Assembly: GCF_001735745.1 (NCBI RefSeq)
Contig: NZ_CP017260.1
Coordinates: 780,001-812,000 of the forward strand
Source: Formosa sp. Hel1_33_131
GTDB taxonomy: Bacteria > Bacteroidota > Bacteroidia > Flavobacteriales > Flavobacteriaceae
Length of the DNA: 32,000 nt
Reading direction: 5' to 3'
In this document: positions 1 to 10,972 of the stretch, one piece after another
How positions within the stretch are numbered: the first letter of the stretch is position 1
Layout of the letters: each line of letters opens with the position of its first letter
Position numbers and translations under genes: made by a program
Notes under the pieces: model-generated
Told to the model about the DNA's origin: nothing
Seen by the model: the letters and a program-made list of their open reading frames with translations, nothing else
Database searches by the model: none

Positions 1-251
1 CCGATATCCATTAAACGTTTAATGTTTAATTGAATCTCAGAACGAAGTTCTCCTTCAATTTTAAAAGTTCCAACAGCATCACGAAGTCTTCCGATTTCTT
101 CATCGGTCCAATCGGATACTTTAGTACTTTCATCAACTTTTGCTTCCGCTAAAATTTCTTTAGCTCTACTTCTACCTATTCCATAGATATAAGTTAAAGA
201 GATTACTCCTCTTTTTTGTTTTGGGATGTCTACCCCTGCAATTCTAGCCAT
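1..251 (-). CDS. rpsM: 30S ribosomal protein S13, N-terminal part (gene continues past the left edge of the window)
   Basis: Hand translation from ATG (revcomp of 249-251): [42 protein letters not shown]...[18 protein letters not shown]. This is a typical S13 N-terminus, and the position after rpmJ fits the alpha-operon order. Confidence 0.9.
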   Translation of the reverse strand, partial: MARIAGVDIPKQKRGVISLTYIYGIGRSRAKEILAEAKVDESTKVSDWTDEEIGRLRDAVGTFKIEGELRSEIQLNIKRLMDI

Positions 252-253
252 AA

Positions 254-370
254 TTAACCTTGTCTTTGTTTGAACCTAGGATTCTTTTTGTTTATAACGT
301 AAAGTCTTCCTTTTCTACGTACGATCTTACAATCTACGCTTCTCTTTTTAATGGATGCTCTTACTTTCAT
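254..370 (-). CDS. rpmJ: 50S ribosomal protein L36 (38 aa, single-Cys non-zinc form)
   Basis: Not in the ORF track. Hand translation: [38 protein letters not shown] followed by a stop. It lies between infA and rpsM, as expected. Confidence 0.9.
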   Translation of the reverse strand: MKVRASIKKRSVDCKIVRRKGRLYVINKKNPRFKQRQG

Positions 371-384
371 CTTTTTACTTCTTG

Positions 385-600
385 TTAGTATCTATAAGTT
401 ATTCTTGCCTTAGATAAATCGTAAGGACTCATTTCCAGTTTTACTTTATCACCTGGTAGTAATTTAATGTAATGCATACGCATCTTACCAGAGATATGGG
501 CGGTCACAACGTGACCATTTTCTAATTCTACTCGGAACATCGCATTTGATAATGCTTCGATGATGCTTCCGTCTTGTTCTATTGCTGCTTGTTTTGCCAT
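385..600 (-). CDS. infA: translation initiation factor IF-1
   Basis: 71-aa S1-like protein ([61 protein letters not shown]). It sits downstream of secY. Confidence 0.95.
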   Translation of the reverse strand: MAKQAAIEQDGSIIEALSNAMFRVELENGHVVTAHISGKMRMHYIKLLPGDKVKLEMSPYDLSKARITYRY

Positions 601-615
601 GTAGTTATATTGAGC

Positions 616-1971
616 CTATTGAACTGCTTTTCTATTTTTACCTGTTTTCATCAAGCCATCGTAGTGTTTGTTCAACAAGTATGAATTTACTTGCTGCATG
701 GTGTCGATTGCAACTCCCACCATAATTAATAATGAAGTTCCTCCAAAGAATAATGCCCATCCTTGTTGGATATCCATCAAGCGAACAATGATTGCTGGAA
801 ACACAGCAATAAGTGCTAGAAACATAGAACCCGGTAGGGTGATTTGTGACATTATTTTATCAAGGTATTCTGAGGTTTCCGAGCCAGGTCGAATTCCAGG
901 AATAAATCCTCCACTTCGTTTTAAATCATCAGCCATCTTATTGGTAGGCACTGTAATTGCTGTATAGAAATAAGTAAAGACAATGATTAAGAGTGCAAAC
1001 GCAATGTTGTACCATAAACCAAACATACTATTTCCAGCAAAATTAGCAACCAACCATTGACCGACGGTTGAATCTTTTAAGATATCAAGACCTCCTAATA
1101 AACCTGGTACAAACATAATTGCTTGTGCAAAGATTATTGGCATTACTCCAGAAGCATTAAGCTTTAGAGGAATGTATTGTCTTGACCCCATGATGTTTTT
1201 TTCGTAGCCACCAGAAGCGGTACGTCTTGCATACTGAACTGCTATTTTTCTTACGGCCATGACTAACATGATCGACGCTAAGATAATAACAAACCATATG
1301 ACAAGTTCAATTAAAATTTTGATTAATCCTCCTTGAGATTGATTCACAGCAGAGTCAAATTCTTGTGCGAATGATAATGGCATGTTTGCAATAATACCTA
1401 CCATAATCAAAAGTGAGATTCCATTACCAATACCTTTGTCCGTAATCTTTTCTCCTAACCACATTGCAAAAACACAACCGGTTACTAGTATTACTATAGA
1501 AGAGAAATAAAACACTCCACCTTGACCTAAAGTGAAAGCTTGTGTACCGCCCATAAGCGCAGGAAGACTTGTTAAGTAGGCTGGTGCCTGTACTAAACAG
1601 ATCCCAATTGTTAACCAACGGGTGATTTGTGTAATTTTCTTTTGACCACTAGCACCTTCTTTCTGAAGTTTCTGAAGATAAGGAATCGCAATTCCCATCA
1701 ACTGAACGACAATAGAAGCCGAAATGTAAGGCATAATCCCTAATGCAAAAACCGAAGCTTTTGCGAAGGCACCACCTGTAAATGCATTTAAGAGTCCAAG
1801 AAGTCCTGAGTCCGTTTTGGATGCTAAAGATCCTAACTGTGAAGCGTCAATTCCGGGAAGCACAACTTGTGCTCCAAAACGATATACTAGCAACAGACCT
1901 AAAGTTAGAAGAATTCTATCTTTAAGTTCTGTAATTTTCCAAACGTTTTTTAATGTCTCTATAAATTTCAT
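616..1971 (-). CDS. secY: preprotein translocase subunit SecY
   Basis: 451-aa polytopic membrane protein with a SecY-type N-terminus (ELKDRILLTLGLLLVYRFG...FALGIMPYISASIVVQL). It follows rplO. Confidence 0.95.
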   Translation of the reverse strand: MKFIETLKNVWKITELKDRILLTLGLLLVYRFGAQVVLPGIDASQLGSLASKTDSGLLGLLNAFTGGAFAKASVFALGIMPYISASIVVQLMGIAIPYLQKLQKEGASGQKKITQITRWLTIGICLVQAPAYLTSLPALMGGTQAFTLGQGGVFYFSSIVILVTGCVFAMWLGEKITDKGIGNGISLLIMVGIIANMPLSFAQEFDSAVNQSQGGLIKILIELVIWFVIILASIMLVMAVRKIAVQYARRTASGGYEKNIMGSRQYIPLKLNASGVMPIIFAQAIMFVPGLLGGLDILKDSTVGQWLVANFAGNSMFGLWYNIAFALLIIVFTYFYTAITVPTNKMADDLKRSGGFIPGIRPGSETSEYLDKIMSQITLPGSMFLALIAVFPAIIVRLMDIQQGWALFFGGTSLLIMVGVAIDTMQQVNSYLLNKHYDGLMKTGKNRKAVQ

Positions 1972-1982
1972 TTGTTGGGGTG

Positions 1983-2435
1983 TTATAGGGTTACAACTTC
2001 ACCTCCAGCAGCTTCAATAGCCGCTTTTGCTGTTGCTGTGAATTTATGTGCTGAAACTTTTAACTTAGCTTTCAACTCACCTCTTCCTAAAATTTTAATC
2101 AATTCATGCTTACGTCCTAAACGCAATTCAACGATTGTTTCAAAATCTAATTCAGATTTAATTTTCTTTTCGTCAACTAACAGTTGAAGGGTATCAAGAT
2201 TAATTCCTTGATAGTCTTTACGGTTAATGTTTGTGAAACCAAACTTAGGCACACGTCTTTGTAATGGCATTTGACCACCTTCAAAACCTACTTTTCTAGA
2301 GTAACCAGAACGAGATTTAGCACCATTGTGACCACGAGTTGCCGTACCACCTTTACCAGAACCTTGTCCTCTACCGACTCTTTTACCTTGACTTTTAACT
2401 GAACCTGCAGCAGGTCGTAAATTACTTAAATTCAT
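1983..2435 (-). CDS. rplO: 50S ribosomal protein L15
   Basis: Gly/Arg-rich N-terminus GKRVGRGQGSGKGGTATRGHNGAKSRSG. The position in the spc operon fits. Confidence 0.95.
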   Translation of the reverse strand: MNLSNLRPAAGSVKSQGKRVGRGQGSGKGGTATRGHNGAKSRSGYSRKVGFEGGQMPLQRRVPKFGFTNINRKDYQGINLDTLQLLVDEKKIKSELDFETIVELRLGRKHELIKILGRGELKAKLKVSAHKFTATAKAAIEAAGGEVVTL

Positions 2436-2448
2436 TTTTCAGTATATT

Positions 2449-2628
2449 TTAAGCTTCTTGTACAGAAACTAAATGTTTTACTTTATTGACCATTCCTAAA
2501 ATGTTAGGTGTCGCCTCATGTTCTATCGTTTGACCAATCTTTTTAAGACCAAGCGCTAATAATGTTAGCTTTTGTCTTTGTGTACGATTGATCGCACTTT
2601 TTTGTTTTGTTACTTTTATCTTAGCCAT
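2449..2628 (-). CDS. rpmD: 50S ribosomal protein L30 (59 aa)
   Basis: Not in the ORF track. Hand translation: MAKIKVTKQKSAINRTQRQKLTLLALGLKKIGQTIEHEATPNILGMVNKVKHLVSVQEA followed by a stop. It lies between rpsE and rplO. Confidence 0.9.
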   Translation of the reverse strand: MAKIKVTKQKSAINRTQRQKLTLLALGLKKIGQTIEHEATPNILGMVNKVKHLVSVQEA

Positions 2629-2639
2629 CTTGTCGTAAA

Positions 2640-3164
2640 TTAACCGTTAAAAACTTGTGTAAGAGAAATTCCTCTCTCACGTGCTATTGACTTCGCATCT
2701 CTTAATTGAAGTAAAGCATCAAAAGTAGCTTTTACAACATTGTGAGCGTTTGAAGATCCTTGGGATTTTGATAAAACATCATGTACTCCAACGGCTTCAA
2801 GAACAGTTCTTACAGCTCCACCAGCAATAACCCCTGTACCAGGTGCTGCAGGGATGATGTTTACTCTTGCTCCGCCAAATTTACCTTTTTGTTCGTGAGG
2901 CAGTGTCCCTTTGATTAAAGGAATTCTAACTAAGTTTTTCTTAGCATCTTCAATTCCTTTCGCAATTGCACTGGCTACATCTTTAGATTTACCTAAACCG
3001 TGTCCTACAACACCAGCTTCGTCACCGACTACTACAATCGCTGAAAATCCGAATGCTCTACCACCTTTTGTTACTTTTGTAACTCTTTGCACACCTACCA
3101 AACGGTCTTTTAAATCCAACCCACTTGGTTTTACTAGTTCTGCACTTTTGTATTTTTGATACAT
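2640..3164 (-). CDS. rpsE: 30S ribosomal protein S5
   Basis: S5 signature [24 protein letters not shown] and operon position. Confidence 0.95.
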   Translation of the reverse strand: MYQKYKSAELVKPSGLDLKDRLVGVQRVTKVTKGGRAFGFSAIVVVGDEAGVVGHGLGKSKDVASAIAKGIEDAKKNLVRIPLIKGTLPHEQKGKFGGARVNIIPAAPGTGVIAGGAVRTVLEAVGVHDVLSKSQGSSNAHNVVKATFDALLQLRDAKSIARERGISLTQVFNG

Positions 3165-3171
3165 AATTTCT

Positions 3172-3528
3172 TTAGAATTTAAGTCCTGCTTCTCTAGCGC
3201 CTTCCGCTAATGATTTTACTCTACCGTGATATAAATAACCACCTCTATCAAAAGTGATGCTTTCAACACCTGCCTTTATTGCTTTTGCTGCTACTGACTT
3301 CCCAACTAATGTTGCGATTTCAATTTTAGATCCTTTTGAAGTGCTGATATCTTTATCTCTTGAAGAAGCCGCACTAATGGTTACACCAGTGACGTCGTCT
3401 ACTAATTGAGCATAAATTTCTTTATTACTTCTAAAAACAGCCAATCGAGGTTGAGACGCTGTCCCATTTACAATTTTACGTATTCTGTTTTTAATTCTTT
3501 GTCTTCTATCGTTTTTTGATAATGCCAT
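3172..3528 (-). CDS. rplR: 50S ribosomal protein L18
   Basis: 118 aa, [19 protein letters not shown]...[26 protein letters not shown]. Confidence 0.95.
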   Translation of the reverse strand: MALSKNDRRQRIKNRIRKIVNGTASQPRLAVFRSNKEIYAQLVDDVTGVTISAASSRDKDISTSKGSKIEIATLVGKSVAAKAIKAGVESITFDRGGYLYHGRVKSLAEGAREAGLKF

Positions 3529-3538
3529 AACTAACTTA

Positions 3539-4081
3539 TTAAGCTGATTTACCTGCTTTTCTTCTTAATACTTCGCCTACGAACTTAATTCCTTTTCCTT
3601 TGTATGGCTCAGGCGCTCTGAAACCACGGATTTTAGCAGCAACTTGTCCAACAAGTTGTTTGTCGTGTGACGTTAATTTGATAATTGGGTTTTTCCCTTT
3701 GTCTGAAACTGTCTCTACTTTTACTTCAGGAGCGATGTTCAAAACAATATTATGAGAAAATCCTAAAGCTAAATCAAGTTTATTTCCTTGATTAGATGCT
3801 CTATATCCAACTCCTACGAGTTCTAATTCTTTTGACCATCCAGTAGTAACACCTTGGATCATGTTAAAAATTAAAGCTCTGTAAAGACCATGTTTTGCTT
3901 TGTGATCTTTATGTTCAGAAGAACGTTCTAAAATAACATGTCCTTCTTCTATTTTAATACTTATAGCAGAGAATTCTTGAGTTAGCTCCCCTAGTTTACC
4001 TTTAACCGTAATAAGGTTATCCGTTATATCTAAGCTCACTCCTTCTGGAATCGCTACTGGGTTTTTTCCTATTCTTGACAT
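3539..4081 (-). CDS. rplF: 50S ribosomal protein L6
   Basis: [15 protein letters not shown]... with C-terminal [14 protein letters not shown]. Confidence 0.95.
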   Translation of the reverse strand: MSRIGKNPVAIPEGVSLDITDNLITVKGKLGELTQEFSAISIKIEEGHVILERSSEHKDHKAKHGLYRALIFNMIQGVTTGWSKELELVGVGYRASNQGNKLDLALGFSHNIVLNIAPEVKVETVSDKGKNPIIKLTSHDKQLVGQVAAKIRGFRAPEPYKGKGIKFVGEVLRRKAGKSA

Positions 4082-4098
4082 TTCTTAAATCTTTAAAA

Positions 4099-4497
4099 TT
4101 AGTAAACGTAACACAATACTTCGCCACCAACATTTTCTCTTTGAGCCTGCTTTCCTGTCATCACTCCGTGAGAAGTTGAAACGATTGCAATTCCAAGGCC
4201 ATTAAGAATACGTGGATGATCGCTAGATCCTGAGTATTTACGTAAACCTGGTTTACTTATTCTTTGGATTTTTTTGATTACAGGTTCTTTGGTTTCCTTA
4301 TTGTACTTGAGTGCTATCTTGATAGTACCTTGTACAGTAGTGTCATCAAATTTGTAACTTAAAACATATCCTTGATCGAATAATATTTTTGTAATCTCTT
4401 TCTTTAAATTAGATGCAGGAATCTCTACAACTCTGTGATTTGCACGAACTGCGTTTCTAATTCTTGTTAAGTAATCCGCTATTGGATCTGTATACAT
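4099..4497 (-). CDS. rpsH: 30S ribosomal protein S8
   Basis: DPIADYLTRIRNA N-terminus and GGEVLCYVY C-terminus. Confidence 0.95.
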   Translation of the reverse strand: MYTDPIADYLTRIRNAVRANHRVVEIPASNLKKEITKILFDQGYVLSYKFDDTTVQGTIKIALKYNKETKEPVIKKIQRISKPGLRKYSGSSDHPRILNGLGIAIVSTSHGVMTGKQAQRENVGGEVLCYVY

Positions 4498-4556
4498 AGT
4501 GTATTAATTTGCGGTTTTGGTTTTCTATTATTAGAACCTGAAACCAATTTATAATT

Positions 4557-4826
4557 TTACCAACTTGCTTTTCTAACGCCGGGTATTAATCCATTGTTTG
4601 CCATTTCTCTGAACATAACTCTTGAGAGTCCAAACTGACGCATATATCCTTTTGGACGACCCGTTAGTTTACATCTGTTGTGCATACGAACTGGTGATGC
4701 ATTTACAGGTAATTTTTGCAATCCTTGGTAATCGCCTGCTTCTTTTAACGCTTTACGTCTGTCCGCATATTTTGCAACTACTTTTGCTCTTTTTACCTCA
4801 CGGGCTTTCATTGATTCTTTAGCCAT
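4557..4826 (-). CDS. rpsN: 30S ribosomal protein S14 (long, non-zinc form)
   Basis: 89 aa, [39 protein letters not shown]. Confidence 0.95.
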   Translation of the reverse strand: MAKESMKAREVKRAKVVAKYADRRKALKEAGDYQGLQKLPVNASPVRMHNRCKLTGRPKGYMRQFGLSRVMFREMANNGLIPGVRKASW

Positions 4827-4829
4827 AGC

Positions 4830-5381
4830 TTAATTCTTTTTAAAAGGGACCCCTAATTCTGTTAATAATGATTTCGCTTCTTTATCGGTATCGGCGTCGG
4901 TTACAAATGTAATGTCCATTCCCGAGATTTTATTGACTTTATCAATATTTATTTCAGGAAAAATAATTTGTTCCGTAACTCCTAAATTGTAGTTACCTCT
5001 ACCGTCAAATCCATTTGCTTTGATTCCGTTGAAATCTCTAACACGTGGAAGCGCAGATGTTACTAAACGATCTAAAAACTCATACATTTTTTCGCCACGT
5101 AAGGTTACTTTAACACCAATTGGCATTCCTTTACGTAGTTTAAAAGTTGCAACATCTTTTTTAGATATTGTTGCAATTGCTTTTTGTCCAGAAATTTTAG
5201 TGACCTCTTCTATTGCATAGTCGATTAACTTCTTGTCTGAAACAGCCGCACCAACACCTTTAGATATCACTATCTTTTGCAGTTTTGGAACTTGCATTAC
5301 ATTTTTATATCCGAATTCTTCTGTAAGAGCCGACATTACTCTGTCTTTATACTCTTGTTTTAATCTTGGAATGTATCCCAT
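4830..5381 (-). CDS. rplE: 50S ribosomal protein L5
   Basis: 183 aa, [11 protein letters not shown]...[15 protein letters not shown]. Confidence 0.95.
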   Translation of the reverse strand: MGYIPRLKQEYKDRVMSALTEEFGYKNVMQVPKLQKIVISKGVGAAVSDKKLIDYAIEEVTKISGQKAIATISKKDVATFKLRKGMPIGVKVTLRGEKMYEFLDRLVTSALPRVRDFNGIKANGFDGRGNYNLGVTEQIIFPEINIDKVNKISGMDITFVTDADTDKEAKSLLTELGVPFKKN

Positions 5382-5386
5382 AATTC

Positions 5387-5698
5387 TTAAATTACTTCGT
5401 TAGATTTCTTTGAAAATCTTACTTTCTTACCGTCTTCCATTTTAAACCCAACTCTCGTTGTTTCACCTTTTGCAGTTAACAAAGATAAGTTTGATATTTG
5501 GATTGACGCTTCTTTTTCAACGATACCACCTTGAGGGCTTTGAGCACTAGGCTTCATGTGTTTTTTCACCATGTTTACCCCTTCAACGATCACTTTATTT
5601 TTTTCTATTAATACTTTCACAATTTTACCTTCAGAACCTTTATGGTCTCCAGCAATAACCCTTACGGTATCTCCTGATTTTATTTTGAGCTTTCCCAT
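5387..5698 (-). CDS. rplX: 50S ribosomal protein L24
   Basis: KOW motif [22 protein letters not shown]. Confidence 0.95.
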   Translation of the reverse strand: MGKLKIKSGDTVRVIAGDHKGSEGKIVKVLIEKNKVIVEGVNMVKKHMKPSAQSPQGGIVEKEASIQISNLSLLTAKGETTRVGFKMEDGKKVRFSKKSNEVI

Positions 5699-5708
5699 GT
5701 TTCTTAAA

Positions 5709-6077
5709 TTAAAGCACTTCTGGTGCTAATGATACAATTTTCATGAATTGCTTATCACGAAGTTCTCTTGCTACTGGTCCAAAAACACGTGTTCCTCTCA
5801 TTTCACCAGTAGGATTCAAAAGAACACAGGCGTTGTCGTCAAATCTTATATAAGATCCGTCTGGACGTCTTACTTCTTTTGCAGTTCGTACCACTACGGC
5901 TGTTGAAACTGCTCCTTTTTTGATGGTTCCGTTAGGAGTCGCATCTTTAATAGTAACAACAATTTTGTCACCAAGGGATGCATATCTACGTTTTGTACCA
6001 CCTAGAACACGAATGGTTAATACCTCTTTTGCTCCAGTGTTATCAGCTACTTTTAATCTTGATTCTTGTTGTACCAT
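5709..6077 (-). CDS. rplN: 50S ribosomal protein L14
   Basis: [18 protein letters not shown]...; 122 aa. Confidence 0.95.
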   Translation of the reverse strand: MVQQESRLKVADNTGAKEVLTIRVLGGTKRRYASLGDKIVVTIKDATPNGTIKKGAVSTAVVVRTAKEVRRPDGSYIRFDDNACVLLNPTGEMRGTRVFGPVARELRDKQFMKIVSLAPEVL

Positions 6078-6079
6078 AA

Positions 6080-6337
6080 TTATTTAGCTCTATCAATGAT
6101 TTCTACTAGTCTCCAACATTTAGATTTACTTAAGGGTCTTGTTTCCATGATCCTTACAGTATCACCTTCGTTGCAGTCGTTTTGCTCGTCGTGTGCTACG
6201 TACTTTTTAGTCTTTAGCACGAACTTTCCGTACATAGGATGTTTTACTTTTTTCACTTCAGAAACCACTATTGATTTCATCATTTTGTTACTTGTAACAA
6301 CGCCTACACGTTCTTTTCTTAAATTTCTTTTTTCCAT
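6080..6337 (-). CDS. rpsQ: 30S ribosomal protein S17
   Basis: [32 protein letters not shown]. Confidence 0.95.
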   Translation of the reverse strand: MEKRNLRKERVGVVTSNKMMKSIVVSEVKKVKHPMYGKFVLKTKKYVAHDEQNDCNEGDTVRIMETRPLSKSKCWRLVEIIDRAK

Positions 6338-6354
6338 CTTTCAGCAGAATACAA

Positions 6355-6546
6355 TTATTGCACTTCTCTATTTGTTAACTCCGTTGCCAACCGTGCTACA
6401 GATCGTCTTACAGATCGTAATTGGATTGGATTTTCGAGTGGTGATATTGCGTGGGTCATTTTCAGATCCGCGTAAGTCTTTTTCGTATCACTAAGTTTCT
6501 CTTGTAACTCAGCTGTCGATAGTTCTTTAATTTCAGATTGTTTCAT
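6355..6546 (-). CDS. rpmC: 50S ribosomal protein L29
   Basis: 63 aa, helical, MKQSEIKELSTAELQEKL... It lies between rplP and rpsQ. Confidence 0.9.
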   Translation of the reverse strand: MKQSEIKELSTAELQEKLSDTKKTYADLKMTHAISPLENPIQLRSVRRSVARLATELTNREVQ

Positions 6547-6559
6547 AATATCAATAAAA

Positions 6560-6979
6560 TTAAGCTTCGTAGTCTCTAGCGATTACAAATTTGGTTTTAA
6601 CTGGTAATTTTTGAGCTGCTAAACGCAATGCTTCTTTAGCAACGTCAAGTGGCACACCACCAACTTCAAATAATATTCTTCCTGGTTTCACAACAGCTGC
6701 CCAATATTCAACGGCACCTTTTCCTTTACCCATCCTTACTTCAAGCGGCTTTTTTGTGATTGGCTTGTCTGGAAATATTTTTATCCATAACTGACCTTCT
6801 CTTTTCATATGGCGTGTTGCAGCGATACGAGCAGCTTCAATTTGACGTGAAGTTAAAAAATTTGAATCGAGTGATTTTATACCAAACATTCCGTTAGAAA
6901 GTTGATGTCCTCTCTCGGAGTTTCCTTTCATTCGTCCTTTCTGGACTTTACGAAATTTTGTTCTTTTTGGTTGTAACAT
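6560..6979 (-). CDS. rplP: 50S ribosomal protein L16
   Basis: [19 protein letters not shown]... Confidence 0.95.
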   Translation of the reverse strand: MLQPKRTKFRKVQKGRMKGNSERGHQLSNGMFGIKSLDSNFLTSRQIEAARIAATRHMKREGQLWIKIFPDKPITKKPLEVRMGKGKGAVEYWAAVVKPGRILFEVGGVPLDVAKEALRLAAQKLPVKTKFVIARDYEA

Positions 6980-7000
6980 TTTCTTTTAATTTATAAAAAA

Positions 7001-7714
7001 TTACTTTCTACGGCGAGGTTTCGAGTTCGATGAACGGTTTCCTTTGTCTTGTCCTTTTGAAAGACCTACTAAAGGAGATAATTCACGTTTCCCATATACT
7101 TCACCTTTCATAATCCATACTTTGATCCCTAATCTACCATAAGTAGTATGGGCTTCAACTAAAGCATAGTCTATGTCAGCTCTAAATGTTGATAAAGGAA
7201 TTCTTCCATCTTTATAATGTTCGCTACGTGCCATTTCAGCACCATTGAGACGACCACTAATTTGAATCTTTATTCCTTCAGAGTTCATTCGCATCGTGGC
7301 TTGAATGGCCATTTTGATTGCACGTTTGTAAGAAATACGATTTTCAATTTGACGAGCGACACTCGTTGCTACTAAAAACGCATCTAGTTCAGGACGCTTA
7401 ATCTCAAAGATGTTTAATTGAACTTCTTTATTTGTGAGTTTTCTTAATTCTTCTTTCAACTTGTCTACCTCTTGACCGCCTTTACCAATAATGATTCCAG
7501 GTCGAGCCGTTGTGATAGTAACGGTTACAAGTTTAAGAGTTCTTTCGATAATCACTCTAGATACACTAGCTTTTACTAAACGAACAAAGATGTACTTTCT
7601 GATTTTATCATCCTCAGCAAGCTTGTCTCCGTAATCGTTACCTCCGTACCAGTTAGATTCCCATCCTCTGATGATTCCAAGGCGATTTCCTATTGGATTT
7701 GTCTTCTGTCCCAT
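7001..7714 (-). CDS. rpsC: 30S ribosomal protein S3
   Basis: [23 protein letters not shown]... with a KH domain and a basic C-terminal tail. Confidence 0.95.
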   Translation of the reverse strand: MGQKTNPIGNRLGIIRGWESNWYGGNDYGDKLAEDDKIRKYIFVRLVKASVSRVIIERTLKLVTVTITTARPGIIIGKGGQEVDKLKEELRKLTNKEVQLNIFEIKRPELDAFLVATSVARQIENRISYKRAIKMAIQATMRMNSEGIKIQISGRLNGAEMARSEHYKDGRIPLSTFRADIDYALVEAHTTYGRLGIKVWIMKGEVYGKRELSPLVGLSKGQDKGNRSSNSKPRRRK

Positions 7715-7717
7715 TTA

Positions 7718-8128
7718 TTAATTGCTTTGTGTGTTATTTTTAGCTCCAAGTACGACTGTAACGTGATTGGATCTTTTTCTAATTCTGTGTGCACGACCTT
7801 GAGGTGCTGGACGAAGTCTCTTTAACATGGAACCTCCATCTACTGTGATTTCTTTTACAAAAAGATCCGCATCTTCAATGTTTGCATCTTCGTTTTTAGA
7901 TTGCCAGTTAGCGACAGCCGATAGAACTAATTTTTCTAAACGACGTGATGCTTCTTTTGAACTAAATCTCAAAACGTTAAGTGCCTTTTCTACCTTTTCG
8001 CCTCTTACTAAATCAGCTACTAAGCGCATTTTTCTTGGTGACGTAGGACAGTTATTAAGCTTTGCAAAAGCGATTTGCTTTTTTCCAGCTTTAATAGCGT
8101 CTGCCATTTGTTTTTTACGACTTCCCAT
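7718..8128 (-). CDS. rplV: 50S ribosomal protein L22
   Basis: [26 protein letters not shown]...[22 protein letters not shown]. Confidence 0.95.
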   Translation of the reverse strand: MGSRKKQMADAIKAGKKQIAFAKLNNCPTSPRKMRLVADLVRGEKVEKALNVLRFSSKEASRRLEKLVLSAVANWQSKNEDANIEDADLFVKEITVDGGSMLKRLRPAPQGRAHRIRKRSNHVTVVLGAKNNTQSN

Positions 8129-8133
8129 AGCTC

Positions 8134-8412
8134 TTATTTTTTACCTTTATTTTTAGCACCTGCATGTCCACGGAATGAACGTGTTGGTGAAAATTCTCCT
8201 AGTTTATGACCTACCATGTTTTCAGTAACATATACTGGTACAAATTGGCGGCCGTTGTGTACTGCAATTGTTTGTCCAACAAAATCCGGTGTAATCATAC
8301 TGGCTCTAGACCAAGTTTTGATAACTGTTTTTTTGTTAGCGTCTACATTAGCAGCGACTTTTTTCTCTAACTTATAATGAACGAAAGGTCCTTTTTTTAA
8401 TGATCTTGCCAT
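8134..8412 (-). CDS. rpsS: 30S ribosomal protein S19
   Basis: [11 protein letters not shown]...[16 protein letters not shown]. Confidence 0.95.
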   Translation of the reverse strand: MARSLKKGPFVHYKLEKKVAANVDANKKTVIKTWSRASMITPDFVGQTIAVHNGRQFVPVYVTENMVGHKLGEFSPTRSFRGHAGAKNKGKK

Positions 8413-8418
8413 GTCTTA

Positions 8419-9243
8419 TTATTTCTTTCTACGTTCTATAATATACTTATTACTTGCTTTGGTCTTAGAACGGGTTCTAAATCCTTTAGCAGGAATACCG
8501 TTTCTTGAACGTGGATGTCCACCTGATGATTTTCCTTCACCACCACCCATTGGGTGATCGACTGGATTCATAACAACTGGTCTTGTTCTTGGACGTCTTC
8601 CTAACCAACGGCTTCTACCTGCTTTACCTGACACCAATAATTGGTGATCCGAGTTAGATACAACTCCGATAGTGGCGTTACATCCTAGCAATAGTAAACG
8701 CGTTTCACCAGATGGTAATTTTACCGTAGCAAATTTACCGTCTCTTGCCATTAATTGTGCAAATGCACCAGCACTACGTGCCATAACAGCTCCTTGTCCC
8801 GGACGTAGTTCGATACAAGAGATGATGGTTCCTAATGGAATTTGACTTAAAGGCATTGAATTCCCAACCTCTGGAACAACATCTACACCTGACACCAACT
8901 TTTGACCTACTTGAAGACCGTTTTGTGCAATGATATAGCGTTTTTCACCATCTTGGTAATTCAGAAGCGCAATAAATGCAGTTCTGTTTGGATCGTATTC
9001 AATAGATTTCACTTCGGCTGGAATCCCAGCTTTTTCTCTTTTGAAATCGATGATACGATATCTTTTCTTATGACCTCCACCGATATAGCGCATGGTCATT
9101 TTTCCTTGACTGTTTCTACCACCTGAACGTTTTTTCGGAGCTAATAAACTCTTCTCCGGCTTATCAGTAGTAATGGCATCATAGCCGTTTACTACTCTAA
9201 ATCGCTGTCCTGGGGTGATTGGTTTTAATTTTCTTACTGACAT
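8419..9243 (-). CDS. rplB: 50S ribosomal protein L2
   Basis: 274 aa, [21 protein letters not shown] motif. Confidence 0.95.
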   Translation of the reverse strand: MSVRKLKPITPGQRFRVVNGYDAITTDKPEKSLLAPKKRSGGRNSQGKMTMRYIGGGHKKRYRIIDFKREKAGIPAEVKSIEYDPNRTAFIALLNYQDGEKRYIIAQNGLQVGQKLVSGVDVVPEVGNSMPLSQIPLGTIISCIELRPGQGAVMARSAGAFAQLMARDGKFATVKLPSGETRLLLLGCNATIGVVSNSDHQLLVSGKAGRSRWLGRRPRTRPVVMNPVDHPMGGGEGKSSGGHPRSRNGIPAKGFRTRSKTKASNKYIIERRKK

Positions 9244-9253
9244 GTTTGTCTAA

Positions 9254-9544
9254 TTAGATATTAGCGTATAAATCAATCGTTTCACCTTCCGCCAGTTGTA
9301 CAAGTGCTTTTTTAACAGCATTTGTTTTACCATGTTGAATCCCCGTTTTTGTAAACTTGGTTTTTCGATCTGGACGGACATTTATTGTACGAACTTTTTC
9401 AACAGAAACACCGTAAGCAGCTTCCACTGCTTTTTTGATTTCTACCTTGTTCGCCTTCGTATTCACTTGAAAGCTGAAGCAGTTTCTCAACTCACTCGCT
9501 TGTGATGCTTTCTCTGTGATTATTGGTTTAATTAAGATACTCAT
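9254..9544 (-). CDS. rplW: 50S ribosomal protein L23
   Basis: 96 aa, IIKPIITEKAS...; position between rplD and rplB. Confidence 0.9.
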   Translation of the reverse strand: MSILIKPIITEKASQASELRNCFSFQVNTKANKVEIKKAVEAAYGVSVEKVRTINVRPDRKTKFTKTGIQHGKTNAVKKALVQLAEGETIDLYANI

Positions 9545-9551
9545 GGTTTTC

Positions 9552-10181
9552 TTATTTACTTAAATTCGTTTCAATATTCTTTAAAGCGCTTTCAAAAAGC
9601 ACTACTTGATTCGCGTTTAATATTTTATAAGTACTTATTTCTGAGTCTATTAAAACTTCAGAGCCCTTTAAATTCCGCGAGGACAAATATACATTATTAT
9701 TTGAGCCACCCAAGACAAATAAAGACTTTTTGCTATCAAGGTTTAAGGCCTTTAATACAGCTGTAAAGTTCTTTGTTTTTGGAGTGTCAAATGTAAAGTC
9801 TTCTATAACCGTAATTGATTTTTCAGAAGCTTTTATTGTAAAGGCCGACTTTCGTGCTAAACGCTTTACATTTTTATTTAACTTGAAGCTGTAGTTTCTA
9901 GGTCTTGGACCGAACATGCGACCACCACCTCTAAAAACACCAGACTTGATACTTCCCGCACGGGCTGTACCAGTTCCTTTTTGCTTCTTGATCTTTCGAG
10001 TACTTCCCGAAATCTCAGCTCTTTCTTTTGACTTGTGCGTTCCTTGACGTTGGTTAGCAAGATATTGCTTAACATCTAGGTAAACCGCATGATTGTTTGG
10101 CTCTATAGCAAATACATCGTTAGAAAGGTCTGCCTTTCTACCTGTATCTTTTCCGTTTAAATCTAAAACTGCTACTTTCAT
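9552..10181 (-). CDS. rplD: 50S ribosomal protein L4
   Basis: 209 aa, QGTHKSKERAEISGSTRKIKKQKGTGTARAGSIKSGVFRGGGRMFGPRPR. Its start overlaps the rplC stop (TAATG). Confidence 0.95.
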   Translation of the reverse strand: MKVAVLDLNGKDTGRKADLSNDVFAIEPNNHAVYLDVKQYLANQRQGTHKSKERAEISGSTRKIKKQKGTGTARAGSIKSGVFRGGGRMFGPRPRNYSFKLNKNVKRLARKSAFTIKASEKSITVIEDFTFDTPKTKNFTAVLKALNLDSKKSLFVLGGSNNNVYLSSRNLKGSEVLIDSEISTYKILNANQVVLFESALKNIETNLSK

Positions 10182-10798
10182 TATTTCTGAATGATTAAAT
10201 AAGCGTTTTTAGGACCAGGAACACATCCTTTGATCACAAGTAGATTTTTTTCAGTTACTACTTTTAAAACTCTTAAATTTTGAACTTTAACTGTGTCGGT
10301 TCCCATACGTCCTGCCATTTTCATTCCTTTGAAAACTCTAGCTGGATACGAAGCCGCACCAATAGATCCTGGTGCACGTAAACGGTTGTGCTGTCCGTGA
10401 GTCGCTTGACCCACACCTGCAAATCCATGACGTTTTACAACCCCTTGAAATCCTTTACCTTTTGAAGTTCCAGAAACATCAACAAATTCGCCTTCGGCAA
10501 AATGCTCTACTGTTATGGTGTCTCCTAATTTGTACTCCTCATCAAATCCTTTAAATTCCGCGACTTTTCTCTTAACAGAAGTACCTGCTTTTTTGGCGTG
10601 ACCTAAGTCAGCTTTCGTAGCACTTTTCTCTGTCTTGTCATCGAAACCAAGCTGAAGGGCTGAATAGCCATCAACTTCTTCGGTTCTGACTTGGGTAACA
10701 ACGCATGGCCCAACTTCTATAACGGTACATGGCATATTTTTACCATTCGCGTCGAAGATGCTGGTCATTCCGATTTTTTTTCCTATTAACCCAGACAT
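10181..10798 (-). CDS. rplC: 50S ribosomal protein L3
   Basis: [15 protein letters not shown]...[15 protein letters not shown]. Unusually, rpsJ does not directly precede it. Confidence 0.95.
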   Translation of the reverse strand: MSGLIGKKIGMTSIFDANGKNMPCTVIEVGPCVVTQVRTEEVDGYSALQLGFDDKTEKSATKADLGHAKKAGTSVKRKVAEFKGFDEEYKLGDTITVEHFAEGEFVDVSGTSKGKGFQGVVKRHGFAGVGQATHGQHNRLRAPGSIGAASYPARVFKGMKMAGRMGTDTVKVQNLRVLKVVTEKNLLVIKGCVPGPKNAYLIIQK

Positions 10799-10830
10799 AT
10801 TTATATATTTATTAATTAACTCTTTTTATT

Positions 10831-10863
10831 CCAAAACAAAGGGTCAAAATACGTTTCAACCCT
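10831..10863 (-). promoter_or_regulatory. Hairpin plus U-tract in the rplC leader (attenuator or terminator candidate)
   Basis: Minus-strand RNA AGGGUUGAA-ACGUAU-UUUGACCCU (10840-10863) forms a 9-bp stem that includes two G.U pairs. These pairs form only on the minus-strand transcript. UUGUUUUGG follows the stem. The element lies 143 nt after the stop of the 1272-aa gene and ends about 32 nt before the rplC ATG. Confidence 0.35.
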
Positions 10864-10972
10864 GAATTGTATTTTTTCCGTTTTTCCCTTGCACTCAGCT
10901 TGGGACATGTAAATCGCTGATTTTCAGCAATTATATCAAAAATTAAGGTGGTGACCTATGTTTTTCGAGCTG

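Noticed and set aside
1424-1618. Same-strand nested alternative-frame ORFs: 1424-1618 in secY, 9878-10075 in rplD, 21593-21871 in fusA, and 25269-25478, 25718-25975 and 26240-26458 in or opposite the first SusC gene. Also 11979-12266 and 18598-19045, which lie opposite the insert genes.
   Set aside because: They are embedded in much longer ORFs with clear homology-type signatures, and there is no independent evidence for them.
6066-6494. A 142-aa plus-strand ORF, together with similar plus-strand ORFs at 668-967, 1817-2187, 2911-3159, 4622-4822, 5020-5220, 7827-8156, 8902-9126, 9296-9505, 10372-10554, 20485-20766, 21615-21890, 21958-22260 and 22326-22670.
   Set aside because: All are antisense shadows of confidently identified ribosomal, secY or fusA genes. 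Their translations are low-complexity and hydrophobic, with no recognisable motifs.
10930-10935. A TATAAT hexamer on the minus strand in the rplC leader, a possible sigma-70-type -10 box.
   Set aside because: The primary sigma factor of Bacteroidota recognises TTTG/TAnnTTTG rather than TTGACA/TATAAT. No -35 partner is present, and such hexamers are expected by chance in AT-rich DNA.
10936-10954. An imperfect ~19-bp direct repeat at both borders of the insertion. TCAAAAATTAAGGTGGTGA at 10936-10954 resembles TCAAAAATGTAGGTGTTAG at 19416-19434, which could be a target-site duplication or att remnant.
   Set aside because: Only 14 of 19 positions match, in very AT-rich intergenic DNA. Similarity does not extend outward, and no recombinase gene is present. 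Chance is a sufficient explanation without a statistical test or comparison to an empty site.
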